Source: a virus (lineage: Duplodnaviria > Heunggongvirae > Uroviricota > Caudoviricetes). Taken from it: a stretch of DNA of 64,000 nucleotides. This document shows, piece by piece, positions 38,877 to 48,511 of the stretch. The stretch's first letter is position 1, and each line of letters starts with the position of its first letter. Both the position numbers and the translations under genes were made by a program. A model generated the notes under the pieces. It was not told where the DNA came from. It did not search any database and saw only the letters and a program-made list of their open reading frames with translations. Where the stretch lies: IMG/VR virus record IMGVR_UViG_3300042870_001966. One strand, given 5' to 3'.

Positions 38877-40056
38877 CTTCTGAACTAGTTAAGTCTTCTA
38901 ATTCATCTATTTCAATCTCGTCTATTCCGTCTTGTGTTTCTGGGAATTTAAAAGTAGGTTTAATAACTTTCTCATCCAGTTCAGTTAAGACTTCCTTGGT
39001 GAATAGTCGATCAGAGAAAAATTCTTTTACTGGAACGGCATCGCCATTATGTCTAATGATGTAGGTTTTTCCAAGTTTCTTAGGTAGGAAATAAAAAGTC
39101 TCACCGTTTAATTGAAACGCTGAACATAAGTCAGCCTCATCAGGTTTAAGTTTTGAGAATTCTTTCTCGGTTAACTTATTACCACGACCGACTCCACAAT
39201 TTTCCCAGTTTACGTATTGTTCCAGTCCAACAAACTGATTCATACCTTTATGGAAAGAGATATGGAACTCAATATCAATTGGTCTAGCTAAACGATTCTT
39301 CTTAGTTTTAGATCTAACGATAATTCCAGTAGTTGTTTTAGCTTCATCCCTAAGGGTTCCTTTACTTAACATCAAGATAATTGAGGCAGAGAACTCTGGA
39401 CCTCCACCGCCTGACATACCTTTTGGAGTATATTGATCCATTGAAGCGTATGTGTGGTTAGTAAAGATAAACGGAACTTTATAATTTGAAAGATCTAACG
39501 TTAATGACTTGAATAGGGATCTCATCTCTTTTGCACGTAATCCCATATCTGCTGCATTTTTACCTGCATCCATATCACGTTGACTTTTATCAGTATCCAA
39601 CATTCCTACTGAATCTACAAATAGAGCAAGCTTAAGTCCTGGATTTTCTTTAATTGTTTCAATTAGGTCATGAACGAAGAATTTAACTTCGCTGATAAGG
39701 CCCATACGTAAATATTTTAATTTAGTTAAGTCTACTCCAAATTTAACGTAATCACTTGAATCGATTGCACCTTCGGTGTCAATATAGATTACCATGTAGT
39801 CTTTCTTCTGCAACTCACGAACTGCATTTAAACATAAGAATGTTTTACCTGAACCTGAGTCTCCAGCAATTCCAATACTACGAGTGTTAGGATAACCTCC
39901 AAAAAGGGATCCTGACATTTGAGCATTTAATAAGTAGTTTCCAGTCGGGATGTACTCTTCGATGTCAGAGAATCCGCGAATCTCAATTTTTGATTTTACT
40001 TTCTTTTCGAGCAAGTCGTTAAACTTAGCGAAAGCGTCCATTGTTGTTTTTGCCAT
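38866..40056 (-). CDS. uvsX: RecA/UvsX recombinase
   Basis: GDSGSGKT, YIDTEGAID, FVDSVGML, TNHTY, SGGGGPEFSAS. Confidence 0.92.
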   Translation of the reverse strand: MAKTTMDAFAKFNDLLEKKVKSKIEIRGFSDIEEYIPTGNYLLNAQMSGSLFGGYPNTRSIGIAGDSGSGKTFLCLNAVRELQKKDYMVIYIDTEGAIDSSDYVKFGVDLTKLKYLRMGLISEVKFFVHDLIETIKENPGLKLALFVDSVGMLDTDKSQRDMDAGKNAADMGLRAKEMRSLFKSLTLDLSNYKVPFIFTNHTYASMDQYTPKGMSGGGGPEFSASIILMLSKGTLRDEAKTTTGIIVRSKTKKNRLARPIDIEFHISFHKGMNQFVGLEQYVNWENCGVGRGNKLTEKEFSKLKPDEADLCSAFQLNGETFYFLPKKLGKTYIIRHNGDAVPVKEFFSDRLFTKEVLTELDEKVIKPTFKFPETQDGIDEIEIDELEDLTSSEDAD

Positions 40057-40078
40057 GTTGTAAAAATTATTTTAGTAT

Positions 40079-40106
40079 CTTTTACAAGGGATACTAAAAT
40101 GGGTTT
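40079..40106 (-). promoter_or_regulatory. AAAC-N17-GTAAAAG promoter (class A)
   Basis: Motif match upstream of uvsX. Confidence 0.65.
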
Positions 40107-40662
40107 AGTTAAAGTATGAAATTAATAAAAATGATCCAGAAAGGACCGTTGTGTCTGAGTAGTCTCCATTTACTACTTGGTGAAATCCGACTTTCACTAT
40201 ATTAGAATTATCTTTAGTGAAGTGGTCCTTTGATAGGTTTCGAGTAAAAGAAATGTCGTTCTTTGAAGTTAGGTTAACTCCGTAACAGTGCATCTTTAGC
40301 GACATTGGAGAATTCATTGAAATATCTCCCAAGTAAAAAATACTGTCTTCAGTAAGTCCAACCTCATCGATATTTAAACCAGCTTCCTCAATTAAAGCTC
40401 GACATACTGAGTCGTATGGAGTTTTATCTAGATCTGGGTTAACTGTGTCAATTACTAATGAATTACCGGTTTGGCCATTTACCATATTCGGAGACTCGAG
40501 TAAAAATATTGACTTAATTGACTTAGTATCTGGGCTTAATTCAAATGGAATAATGCAGATATAATCTAGATCATCTGATAAGTAATCGGCTGAATGTTGG
40601 TCCTTTTTTAAAGTTAACACCTTAAATTTTCCGATTTGGGTTCTAGTTTCGTTATTAGTCAT
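40105..40662 (-). CDS. Nudix-fold protein, degenerate Nudix box
   Basis: DSVCRALIEEAGL resembles AxRElxEExG but lacks upstream Gx5E. Confidence 0.5.
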   Translation of the reverse strand: MTNNETRTQIGKFKVLTLKKDQHSADYLSDDLDYICIIPFELSPDTKSIKSIFLLESPNMVNGQTGNSLVIDTVNPDLDKTPYDSVCRALIEEAGLNIDEVGLTEDSIFYLGDISMNSPMSLKMHCYGVNLTSKNDISFTRNLSKDHFTKDNSNIVKVGFHQVVNGDYSDTTVLSGSFLLISYFN

Positions 40663-41335
40663 TTGCGGCTACTCCTTTTTGTTTAGGTGATGCGCTTAAA
40701 GTCTTCTTCATAGTTTTCTTAATCGCATCAACGGTTATGCTGTTATTTATATAGTTTGACAGTTTAGTCAAAAACTCCTCTTTGTTCTTGGAATTAGTGT
40801 ACATCATTTTCAATAGACTCTTACTTGGAAGTTTAATCCTAACTGCTAAGTTTAGGTCAGTATCCTCCAATGAAAACATTCCAAATAGATCGCTTGGATC
40901 TACTTGAACTTGTTGACGAAGAGCTGTTTGATTAACTGGTTCAGCAGGTCTAGCTACTGGTGCAATCTCTTTTACCGTATTAGCAAATTCAGCAGGAATT
41001 TCGGGAGCAACTTGAATATCTTCAGTTAAGGAAGGTATGTAGTTAATTGACTGGATTTCAGCCATTGATAATCTAGGCTGGTCGTCAGTGATCATCATTA
41101 AGTCTGATGAAACTGCATCTGTGTCCATTTGACTTCCATCAGATAGGACTGCTAGAAATCGACCGTTTCGTCCAGGCAGTACGTCCCTAACGGTTACAAT
41201 AGTACCAGCTTTTCGTGGATCATTTGTTTTAATCCATTGAAACTCATTTGATTGAAAGCTACTCTTAATAGCCATCATCGTTTCGATATCGTAATTCATA
41301 ATTATGTTTTTTATTTTTTTAAGCCACTTTATCAC
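40655..41335 (-). CDS. hypothetical protein
   Basis: 226 aa; real start may be ATG 41299 (MNYDIET). Confidence 0.6.
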   Translation of the reverse strand: MIKWLKKIKNIIMNYDIETMMAIKSSFQSNEFQWIKTNDPRKAGTIVTVRDVLPGRNGRFLAVLSDGSQMDTDAVSSDLMMITDDQPRLSMAEIQSINYIPSLTEDIQVAPEIPAEFANTVKEIAPVARPAEPVNQTALRQQVQVDPSDLFGMFSLEDTDLNLAVRIKLPSKSLLKMMYTNSKNKEEFLTKLSNYINNSITVDAIKKTMKKTLSASPKQKGVAAND

Positions 41336-42701
41336 TGGACAATTGTTCTTCTAATTTTTTCATTTCGTCCTTAGTATCAACACGACCATTGTATAGTCTT
41401 GTTAAAATAGTTCGAGCAGCTGAATCGTATTTCTTAGTAAATAACGTGTCGTTCTTGGTTAAGACCTGATCAATCGTAGGTTCTTGACCAGCTTTAATTT
41501 TTCCACCGTATGAATCTGGTGAAATATTAAATTGGATTTGGATATTGGGATACATTGAGGCAAAGTCAAAACATGAAACGTATTTGTAATATCCAGGTTC
41601 AGGCTTAGCGACGTATGCTCCATCGTAAGTTGCATCTTCTTCTAATTCTCTTCGGTCGTTTGCCATATACAAACCTCTTTCTAAGAATTCACGACACATT
41701 AGAGTTTCAGTAATGAATACTGCAGAGAATACTTTTGATACATCGACCTTTGCAAACTTGGAGATAGCGAAGGCTACATCAAGCAATCCAAGCTTATCTT
41801 CAATTAGTTTAACTAGAATTGTATCGATAATGTTATACTTTGTAAAGTTCTCAACGTCTTGCTGAGCTTCCATCATTGTTGCATATTCACTATGTAATTT
41901 AGTTGTTCCTAATACTAAATTTGCAATGTAATCTAACTTGTAATTCTCAACTACTTTGTAAGGTTTAGTATTCATAAACACTTCCATGTAATCCAGAAGT
42001 CCTAAGTGAACTGGCATTTTGGCCTTGCCGATTAGGGTTTTAGAAGGCATGTTTAACATTGGTTCAATTCCTAAATTCTTACAACGATTAATTAAATACA
42101 ACCAGTCAAATCCAATTACGTTCCAGCCTGTTAAGAAAGGAATCTTTGGAAGAACTTTGTGAAAGAAAGTTTTCATTAAGTCTTCTTCATGTTCAAAGAA
42201 TAGGTGCTTAACTACGAACGTTTGCTCATGCGCTTTAAAATAATCATTTACTTCGTCTTCTAGTCGAGTAACTACATCAGGTGCAAGATCTCGCATAGTT
42301 GACATTACGAAACATACGTTATCTTCATTTACGAAAGTAATCATATTAACCGGCATTGCGGCTTTAGCTGGATCTGGGAAATCTTGAGAAATAAGCTGAA
42401 TCTCAATATCCAGATAGTATTTCTTTGGGCTATCATCTGAATAAATTGAAGCGAGCTCAGTTTCGGCTAACCTAGTTTGAGTTAACTCTTCAAGCCTAAA
42501 TCGACTTAACCATTTTCCTTGAACCTTCTTTAGGAATCTTCCATCCCAATTTCTATGTTCAGTTGGAGTTGGCGTTAGATTCCAGTTGTACAGGTCATGC
42601 GGAAGTATTGGTTTCTTCATGAATCCGATATTTCCATCTGGTTTATAATATGAGATTAGAAGAGCTGAGTCTTCTGTGTGAAATTCTGTACTTACAATCA
42701 T
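41319..42701 (-). CDS. family B DNA polymerase, N-terminal half only (gp43A-like)
   Basis: Exo motifs LDIE, GWNVIGFDW, YNIID; palm motif A FDFASMYPNI; ends in first fingers helix; no KxxxNSxYG or YxDTDS. Confidence 0.85.
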   Translation of the reverse strand: MIVSTEFHTEDSALLISYYKPDGNIGFMKKPILPHDLYNWNLTPTPTEHRNWDGRFLKKVQGKWLSRFRLEELTQTRLAETELASIYSDDSPKKYYLDIEIQLISQDFPDPAKAAMPVNMITFVNEDNVCFVMSTMRDLAPDVVTRLEDEVNDYFKAHEQTFVVKHLFFEHEEDLMKTFFHKVLPKIPFLTGWNVIGFDWLYLINRCKNLGIEPMLNMPSKTLIGKAKMPVHLGLLDYMEVFMNTKPYKVVENYKLDYIANLVLGTTKLHSEYATMMEAQQDVENFTKYNIIDTILVKLIEDKLGLLDVAFAISKFAKVDVSKVFSAVFITETLMCREFLERGLYMANDRRELEEDATYDGAYVAKPEPGYYKYVSCFDFASMYPNIQIQFNISPDSYGGKIKAGQEPTIDQVLTKNDTLFTKKYDSAARTILTRLYNGRVDTKDEMKKLEEQLSSDKVA

Positions 42702-42719
42702 ATTGTATATTTTACTAAA

Positions 42720-43199
42720 TTAATAACCTCTCTGTTGGCGAGCCTTGTTCTCCTCATTCTTAGACATGTACATATTGAACATTTCCTGAGAAGTCATTCC
42801 TACTGATACTGCATAGTTCATAAAGAAGTGTAGCATATCAATTATTTCAAATTTGCACTCAAGCTGATCAGACTCTGATAAATCTGAGAACTTTTTATCT
42901 GAGTAGCCTTCATGTGCGGATTTCCAACGCTTCCAAATAGCATTACCTGAACCGTCATTGATTCCACCTAATGCATCGGTTGCTTCGTGGATCTCATCTA
43001 TCATTGCATGGTTATTCATGTGCCAAAAGGTCATAAGCTCCCTAAGATTCATGTTGGCAAAGTCATACCCGTAAACATTCTTTTGTGTATCAGCCTGAAT
43101 GTCCATGATTTGGCCTAATGTGTCTTCGTTCACTTCTGTTCTGTCTGACCAGTGATCTTTAATTTCTAATTTTGCACACGAGTTGTCTGTATTTGCCAT
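42720..43199 (-). CDS. dimeric dCTPase/dUTPase, T4 gp56-like
   Basis: AIWKRWK...DQLECKFEIIDMLHFFMN...KNEENKARQQRGY. Confidence 0.85.
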   Translation of the reverse strand: MANTDNSCAKLEIKDHWSDRTEVNEDTLGQIMDIQADTQKNVYGYDFANMNLRELMTFWHMNNHAMIDEIHEATDALGGINDGSGNAIWKRWKSAHEGYSDKKFSDLSESDQLECKFEIIDMLHFFMNYAVSVGMTSQEMFNMYMSKNEENKARQQRGY

Positions 43200-43220
43200 A
43201 TTTATGTAGTTTTACAGGAT

Positions 43221-43247
43221 CTTTTACCCTAAAAGTGAAAAAGGTTT
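43221..43247 (-). promoter_or_regulatory. AAAC-N16-GTAAAAG promoter (class A)
   Basis: Motif match upstream of gp56-like gene. Confidence 0.65.
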
Positions 43248-43269
43248 AAGTTTAGTTAGAATAATACTG

Positions 43270-43341
43270 ATAAATAACAGTAGCAACAACTAGACCAAGT
43301 TCAAAAGTTATGAATTTGGGACTAATGCGATAAATAAATAA
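43270..43341 (+). promoter_or_regulatory. tandem late-type promoters (43270-43277 and 43330-43341)
   Basis: GATAAATAAC and GATAAATAAATAAC upstream of tail sheath. Confidence 0.6.
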
Positions 43342-43363
43342 CTTAAAATAATACGCAAACTCG

Positions 43364-46300
43364 ATGGCAGAAAAATTAAATCTGAACCGATACAAAGCAA
43401 GTGGTGTCTATACGGTAGAAATTGACGAAAGCACTAACCTTAGCTTACCTCTTTCAACTGGAAGATTAGTAATCGGCTCTAGCAAAAAAGGACCTATCAA
43501 TTCAGTAGTATTAGTGAATGACAATCGTTCACTATCCGCTGTATATGGTGAGACTGACACTAAATTGGAAAAAAACGGAAGCTTTTTCCACAGAACTATT
43601 GATGTTGCTTTACGTCAAGGCCCAGTTTACGCTTTAAACTTGTTACCGATTGCTGACACAGATGTTGCATACTTTACAACATTTAATACTGAGTCAGCAT
43701 CTAACAATTCAACGTGGTCGGCAAATCTTTATCAAGATAGCATTTCAAGATTCTATAATACTCAAAAATTGTGGTTCGCTGATGTTGATGCGGTTAACAA
43801 ATACAAAAATCTTGCGTTAGGTGATACGTTCCCTGCGACTGGAACAATAGACAAGGATGCTAACAAAATCTTAAGTTTAGTAAATCTTTCTAAGAAAGCA
43901 GTTACTGCATGGGCAAGAATTGCTGATACTACTGGTTATGATATTAAAGTTAAAGAATACTATCAACTATTAGGAGACCGAGTAGAAGTTCCAGAATTTT
44001 TACACCCGGACGATTATGTTGCAGATTACTTTGTTGAGCTTGCAGTAGTTGATGGTGATTGGACTGACTATATTCGTTTGTCGACTGACCCTATTTACAG
44101 ACAGTACTTTACAGCAAACGGAATCATTCTTTCTAAACTGGACGACTTTTTATCACTAAGAGATGTTGTTGTAGTTAATCGTACAATTGGAGCAATCATT
44201 CCTGACTTTAAGGATTTGGCTGGATCAACTGCATCATTAGATACACTGTTTAATAGAAAATTCAGTAGCTCTAACGTATTTTGTGCAATTGACTACAAAA
44301 AAGTAGACTTAATTGACTTAACTAGCTCTACGTTTAATAGCGGTAGTTCAACTGAACCTATTGCACAACAGCGTATTGATTTAGTAGGTCACGGATTTGG
44401 TGAGCTTAATACAACTGATGGTAGTAAAACACTATACACTGTAGATAATGGAATAAGCGGAACTGATCCAATTGCTCTAATCGACGTGTTAAGTTACAAA
44501 AAATCAGCTGGATACGAATACTACTTTGAGTTAGACGGTCTTGCTCACTCAACTACTTTAGCAGCTGGTGAAACATACACAATGAATACAGGTGGAGACC
44601 TCTATATTACGGCTACTCAAGGAAGTAAATTATATGAAGCATGGGCAAATGGATTTGTTAAAGCTGGAGATACTTTACACTATTTAGCTGCACCGTCTAG
44701 TACTCCTACTACTCTATATTTAGGAACTGACAACTTAGTTAAAACTCAAACTACTGGTCAAATTAAGTATATTGAATTTACAGCATATTCGGATATAACT
44801 AGAACTAATCAAGTAGATGCTCAATACATCACAGATGGAGCGCTTGAATTATTACACATTAAATCAACGGTAGTTAACCAATTTAATTATGAGTTTGACT
44901 TAACTAGTTCAGCTTTCTTTAATACAGTTGGAGCAAATAACTATCAGTATTTTTCTCCAAATCAATTAGTGTTCACATTGAATACGAATCTTTATGGAAA
45001 TGTGGCTAAGAAAGAAACTGTTAATTTAGCGTACGACTCAGCACGCAGAGCATTAATTGATGGGTTCTTTGTACCAGGTCAATACATTAAAGCTAAGATC
45101 GCAACTGATGCGAATGGTGATAATGTAATTAGAGATCGAGTTTTAAAAATTAAATCAGTTTACGCTCAACTAATATCAGTTCCAGTTGGACCTTCTAGTA
45201 CTCCTACTAAAACTTTAAAGTACACGATTACGGTAGATAATGCATACGATGCTAATGTTCAAGGAATTGATCTTACTGGTCAAACCGTTAAGGTTTATAA
45301 AGGAATTAAAAATTACGTAACTAATTTACGAGGTTTCCACGTTCCAGCAATGGTAGTTGATGAGACTGCTCTTTATCCAAACGGTACAGCTTCTAGACAA
45401 GATGAAATTCTTGACTATATGTTTGATTCAACTAATATTGCATCAACTCTAGCGGATAATGAGACTCTTGATTATCGTTATATTATTGATTCGTATGAAG
45501 GTCAAATTTCAAATGCATCAAAACAACAACTTGTTCAACTTGCAGCAAATCACGGAAAAGCGTTAGCTATCTGTAATGCTCCATCTTTAGCACAATACGA
45601 AAAATCAAGTGACCCAAGCTTTATTGATTTTAATACTAACTTAGTATCAGCTGAATACATTTCAACTGGTGGTAATTTATCTTCTAACCCAGCATTTACT
45701 TTTGGATTTGCAACTGGAGATAAAAATGGTATTGCAATCTCTACTTACGCTGCATACTTTATGCCTAACTTGTTAATTTTCGAAGGAGGTAAAAACAAAT
45801 CTATTCCGCCTGCAGCGTTCGTTGCTAACACGTACATGAAGAAATACTCAAGTGGAAATACTTTCTCTATCGTTGCTGGTAAAAGAGGTATTATTACAGA
45901 AGCTGAAGTTACTGGACTTGAATACGATTTAACTGATGACGATCGCGCTTACTTAGAGCCTGTTGGATTTAACTTAATTGTTAGACGTAGAGGTTTTGGA
46001 GTAATGATTTTCTCTAATAACACAGGTTATCAAAGAGTAAGATCAGCACTTAATAACGTTCACGTTAGAGAGGCATTAGTAACAATCGAAAGAGACGTTG
46101 AGAGAATCTTATTGAACTTCTTATTTGAATTCAATGATCCTACTACACGATTAAGAGTTAAAACTCTAGTTAAAAACTACTTAACTGCAGTTCAAGACGC
46201 TAGAGGTATTGCAACTTTCGATATTGTATTTGATGATTCAAATAACGGTCCTGAAGTTCTTGAAAACAATGCAGGTATCATCGATATTATCGTTGACTTC

Positions 46301-46396
46301 CCAAGAGGTATTCACAAGTTCATCAATCGTATTACAATCACAAGAGCTGGAGGTCAATTGGCTTCTAACTCAACAGGATTTACTCCTTCATTCTAA
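43364..46396 (+). CDS. tail sheath protein (gp18-like)
   Basis: ASGVYTVEIDES, GSSKKGPINS, PPAAFVA, ALNNVHVRE, FLFEFND...YLTAVQDARGI. Confidence 0.92.
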   Translation: MAEKLNLNRYKASGVYTVEIDESTNLSLPLSTGRLVIGSSKKGPINSVVLVNDNRSLSAVYGETDTKLEKNGSFFHRTIDVALRQGPVYALNLLPIADTDVAYFTTFNTESASNNSTWSANLYQDSISRFYNTQKLWFADVDAVNKYKNLALGDTFPATGTIDKDANKILSLVNLSKKAVTAWARIADTTGYDIKVKEYYQLLGDRVEVPEFLHPDDYVADYFVELAVVDGDWTDYIRLSTDPIYRQYFTANGIILSKLDDFLSLRDVVVVNRTIGAIIPDFKDLAGSTASLDTLFNRKFSSSNVFCAIDYKKVDLIDLTSSTFNSGSSTEPIAQQRIDLVGHGFGELNTTDGSKTLYTVDNGISGTDPIALIDVLSYKKSAGYEYYFELDGLAHSTTLAAGETYTMNTGGDLYITATQGSKLYEAWANGFVKAGDTLHYLAAPSSTPTTLYLGTDNLVKTQTTGQIKYIEFTAYSDITRTNQVDAQYITDGALELLHIKSTVVNQFNYEFDLTSSAFFNTVGANNYQYFSPNQLVFTLNTNLYGNVAKKETVNLAYDSARRALIDGFFVPGQYIKAKIATDANGDNVIRDRVLKIKSVYAQLISVPVGPSSTPTKTLKYTITVDNAYDANVQGIDLTGQTVKVYKGIKNYVTNLRGFHVPAMVVDETALYPNGTASRQDEILDYMFDSTNIASTLADNETLDYRYIIDSYEGQISNASKQQLVQLAANHGKALAICNAPSLAQYEKSSDPSFIDFNTNLVSAEYISTGGNLSSNPAFTFGFATGDKNGIAISTYAAYFMPNLLIFEGGKNKSIPPAAFVANTYMKKYSSGNTFSIVAGKRGIITEAEVTGLEYDLTDDDRAYLEPVGFNLIVRRRGFGVMIFSNNTGYQRVRSALNNVHVREALVTIERDVERILLNFLFEFNDPTTRLRVKTLVKNYLTAVQDARGIATFDIVFDDSNNGPEVLENNAGIIDIIVDFPRGIHKFINRITITRAGGQLASNSTGFTPSF

Positions 46397-46414
46397 GGAA
46401 TACATTAATAAAAT

Positions 46415-46447
46415 AAAAAAGGACTCTAGTAATAGAGTCCTTTTTTT
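46415..46447. terminator. bidirectional intrinsic terminator
   Basis: AAAAAAGGACTCTA-GTAA-TAGAGTCCTTTTTT. Confidence 0.88.
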
Positions 46448-46501
46448 GTTAGGGCCGACTTGGAAGTCGAATTCCACCACTTGGTTTAAGTCCAAGAACT
46501 A

Positions 46502-47089
46502 TTAGTCACGACCGGTCATGATCTCTTCCATAACTCTAACTGTATCAGTTGAATCGTTATGTAAGATACCCGTTCCGCCGTGCTCAATCCATTTCTCCAA
46601 TTTCTTTTTAAAATCGTCGATTAGAATGTCTTTTTCGCTAGTTGCGTACTTCCATTTGTCTTGATCTAGAACAAGCCTAGTATCAGGAGTCATATCCGCT
46701 GGGTCAGTTACTGGCTCTTGGTCAATTCCTAAATTTGAATTTACCCAACGAGTCTTACCAATAAGACACTCAGGACTACGGCTTGGTGCAGATAATAAAA
46801 TTGGGTCATATCTTTGTAAGTAATCCCATAATTCTCTGCCGTCTTTGGTCCATTGTAGGTTAGCCCAGAAGTCTGCTCCTAACTTATCCAGTAATGGCCA
46901 AATTGAGTTCTTTCCGTTTTTCTTTTCGTATTCCTTAGGTGAAAGATTTTCAGTGTTTTCTTCAATATCTTGAAAGCCTCTATCAAAATCGACAAGGACT
47001 CCATCTAAATCACAGAACACTCGATATTTACCCTCTTTACCTTCGTTTACGAATTGTTTAAATTTCTTAAGCATTTTCTTTAAGTTCAA
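46502..47089 (-). CDS. HAD 5'(3')-deoxyribonucleotidase-like protein with capsid-targeting-like N-terminus
   Basis: VFCDLDGVLVDFD, ILLSAP, GKTRWV, ILIDD; likely start ATG 47074 (MLKKFKQFVNE). Confidence 0.75.
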   Translation of the reverse strand: MNLKKMLKKFKQFVNEGKEGKYRVFCDLDGVLVDFDRGFQDIEENTENLSPKEYEKKNGKNSIWPLLDKLGADFWANLQWTKDGRELWDYLQRYDPILLSAPSRSPECLIGKTRWVNSNLGIDQEPVTDPADMTPDTRLVLDQDKWKYATSEKDILIDDFKKKLEKWIEHGGTGILHNDSTDTVRVMEEIMTGRD

Positions 47090-47399
47090 ATTGTGTAGTC
47101 TCGTCTTTGTTTATAATGGCGACAAGATCGTTTGCCATAATGATGTGGTAGTTAGTACCGTCCCACTGGACGTCAAGTCCTGAGTATCGTTGATATAAAA
47201 CTCGATCGCCTTCTTTGATTGGGCAACCTGAATTACTGGAAACCAGATGGCCTACTGCAATTACTACTCCGGTATTGGGTCTTTTTCTAGCATCAACTGA
47301 TAAAATGATGCCTGTTTCAGTTTTAGACTCTACTGAGTCCGGTAAAACTAATATTCTTTCGAATAGAGGAATAAATCCTCCTTTGATTGGTGTACTCAT
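47067..47399 (-). CDS. groES: co-chaperonin GroES
   Basis: PLFERILV, KTETGIIL mobile loop, GVVIAVG, EGDRVLY, IMANDLVA. Confidence 0.9.
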   Translation of the reverse strand: MSTPIKGGFIPLFERILVLPDSVESKTETGIILSVDARKRPNTGVVIAVGHLVSSNSGCPIKEGDRVLYQRYSGLDVQWDGTNYHIIMANDLVAIINKDETTQFELKENA

Positions 47400-48508
47400 T
47401 AATTCTTGTAATTTTTTTTGAATTGGTAGTAATTGAATTTTCTACGAGTAGTCAAGTCAACGTTTTCTTTAATTGCATCAAGTACGTCTTTTGGAAAAAC
47501 TGCTGTACTTAATCTGATTAAGGTCTTGTTACGATTAAGGTTGTTCTCGATCGTCAGCCATTCACCAGGTTCCTTTATTTTAAGGACTTCACATGTTACT
47601 TCACGTAATAAATCCATGAAACCTAGATCACCTGAATCAATGAAGTAAATAACGTCTTTCCATTGAAGCGATTGCTTTACGTATTCGACAATTTTTGTTA
47701 CTTTAGAGGCTGTCATCTTGGGATGGACTCTTGGAATATTGTCTGATGCATCACCCGCTAAACACTTAACTAAGATATCTAAAGTTGGATCAACGGTTAA
47801 GTGTTGATAGTCCTTTTGAGTTAAGTCGTTGATTATGTTAGTTACAGCTGAATTGTCTATTGAGTCAATATCAAAATTAAAAAGGTCAACTTCAGCGGGT
47901 TCAACTTTACCGAAATCTTCAGTTGTGTAGATCTTTTTGTATTTCGTCATTTGCTTAGGCATAATCAAAATAACTTTACGTTTGTCACTTTCAAGTAACT
48001 GGGTTAAGTCTTTGTCTACTGACCAAATACAAATATCTTCTTTTAAATTTTCGCAAATGTAAGCAATTAAATCATCACCTTCTGCTCCAGGAACACGGTT
48101 TACTACAACTCCATAATCGTCAGATATTGTACTTAGAATTTCATTTTGAAAGTATTCAAAGAACAGATAAATTTTATCATCGTATTTTCTTTGACCTTTA
48201 TAACTGAAATCCCCTTCTCCGTGTGTTTCAAAATGTTCTTTGATATATTTCTTTCTCCAACTCTTAGAGTCAAATACAAAAAATACTGAACTGATGTTTT
48301 CCTTAAATGGAGCAAGAATGCTGCCAAAGTAATTTACAGAAAATTGTCTAAATGTATCTTTGCTTACCTGCTTTAGAATAAACTTATCGTCATTTAATAA
48401 GTCATTGACATAATACTTTTCGCCAACTCTCTTATCGTTAGCTAATATATTTTTTGCGATACTTACTGCGACATTCAGAAACGCATTTCCGTCAATGATT
48501 AAATTCAT
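47399..48508 (-). CDS. 5'-3' exonuclease / T4 RNase H-like flap nuclease
   Basis: IIDGN, FDSKSWRK, EGDDLIA, DKDLTQL, GDASDNIP. Confidence 0.88.
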   Translation of the reverse strand: MNLIIDGNAFLNVAVSIAKNILANDKRVGEKYYVNDLLNDDKFILKQVSKDTFRQFSVNYFGSILAPFKENISSVFFVFDSKSWRKKYIKEHFETHGEGDFSYKGQRKYDDKIYLFFEYFQNEILSTISDDYGVVVNRVPGAEGDDLIAYICENLKEDICIWSVDKDLTQLLESDKRKVILIMPKQMTKYKKIYTTEDFGKVEPAEVDLFNFDIDSIDNSAVTNIINDLTQKDYQHLTVDPTLDILVKCLAGDASDNIPRVHPKMTASKVTKIVEYVKQSLQWKDVIYFIDSGDLGFMDLLREVTCEVLKIKEPGEWLTIENNLNRNKTLIRLSTAVFPKDVLDAIKENVDLTTRRKFNYYQFKKNYKN

Positions 48509-48511
48509 AGT

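Noticed and set aside
41319-42701. Polymerase as a frameshifted pseudogene or intron-split gene
   Set aside because: No polymerase motifs B or C in any frame downstream, the next ORF is intact and unrelated, and no intron or homing endonuclease features are visible.
46448-46501. Two small stem-loops after the sheath terminator, one with a 7-nt TTTAAGT loop and a nearby TCGAATTCCACCA, suggesting a tRNA
   Set aside because: Arms are in the wrong order, there is no acceptor or D stem and the span is too short for a cloverleaf.
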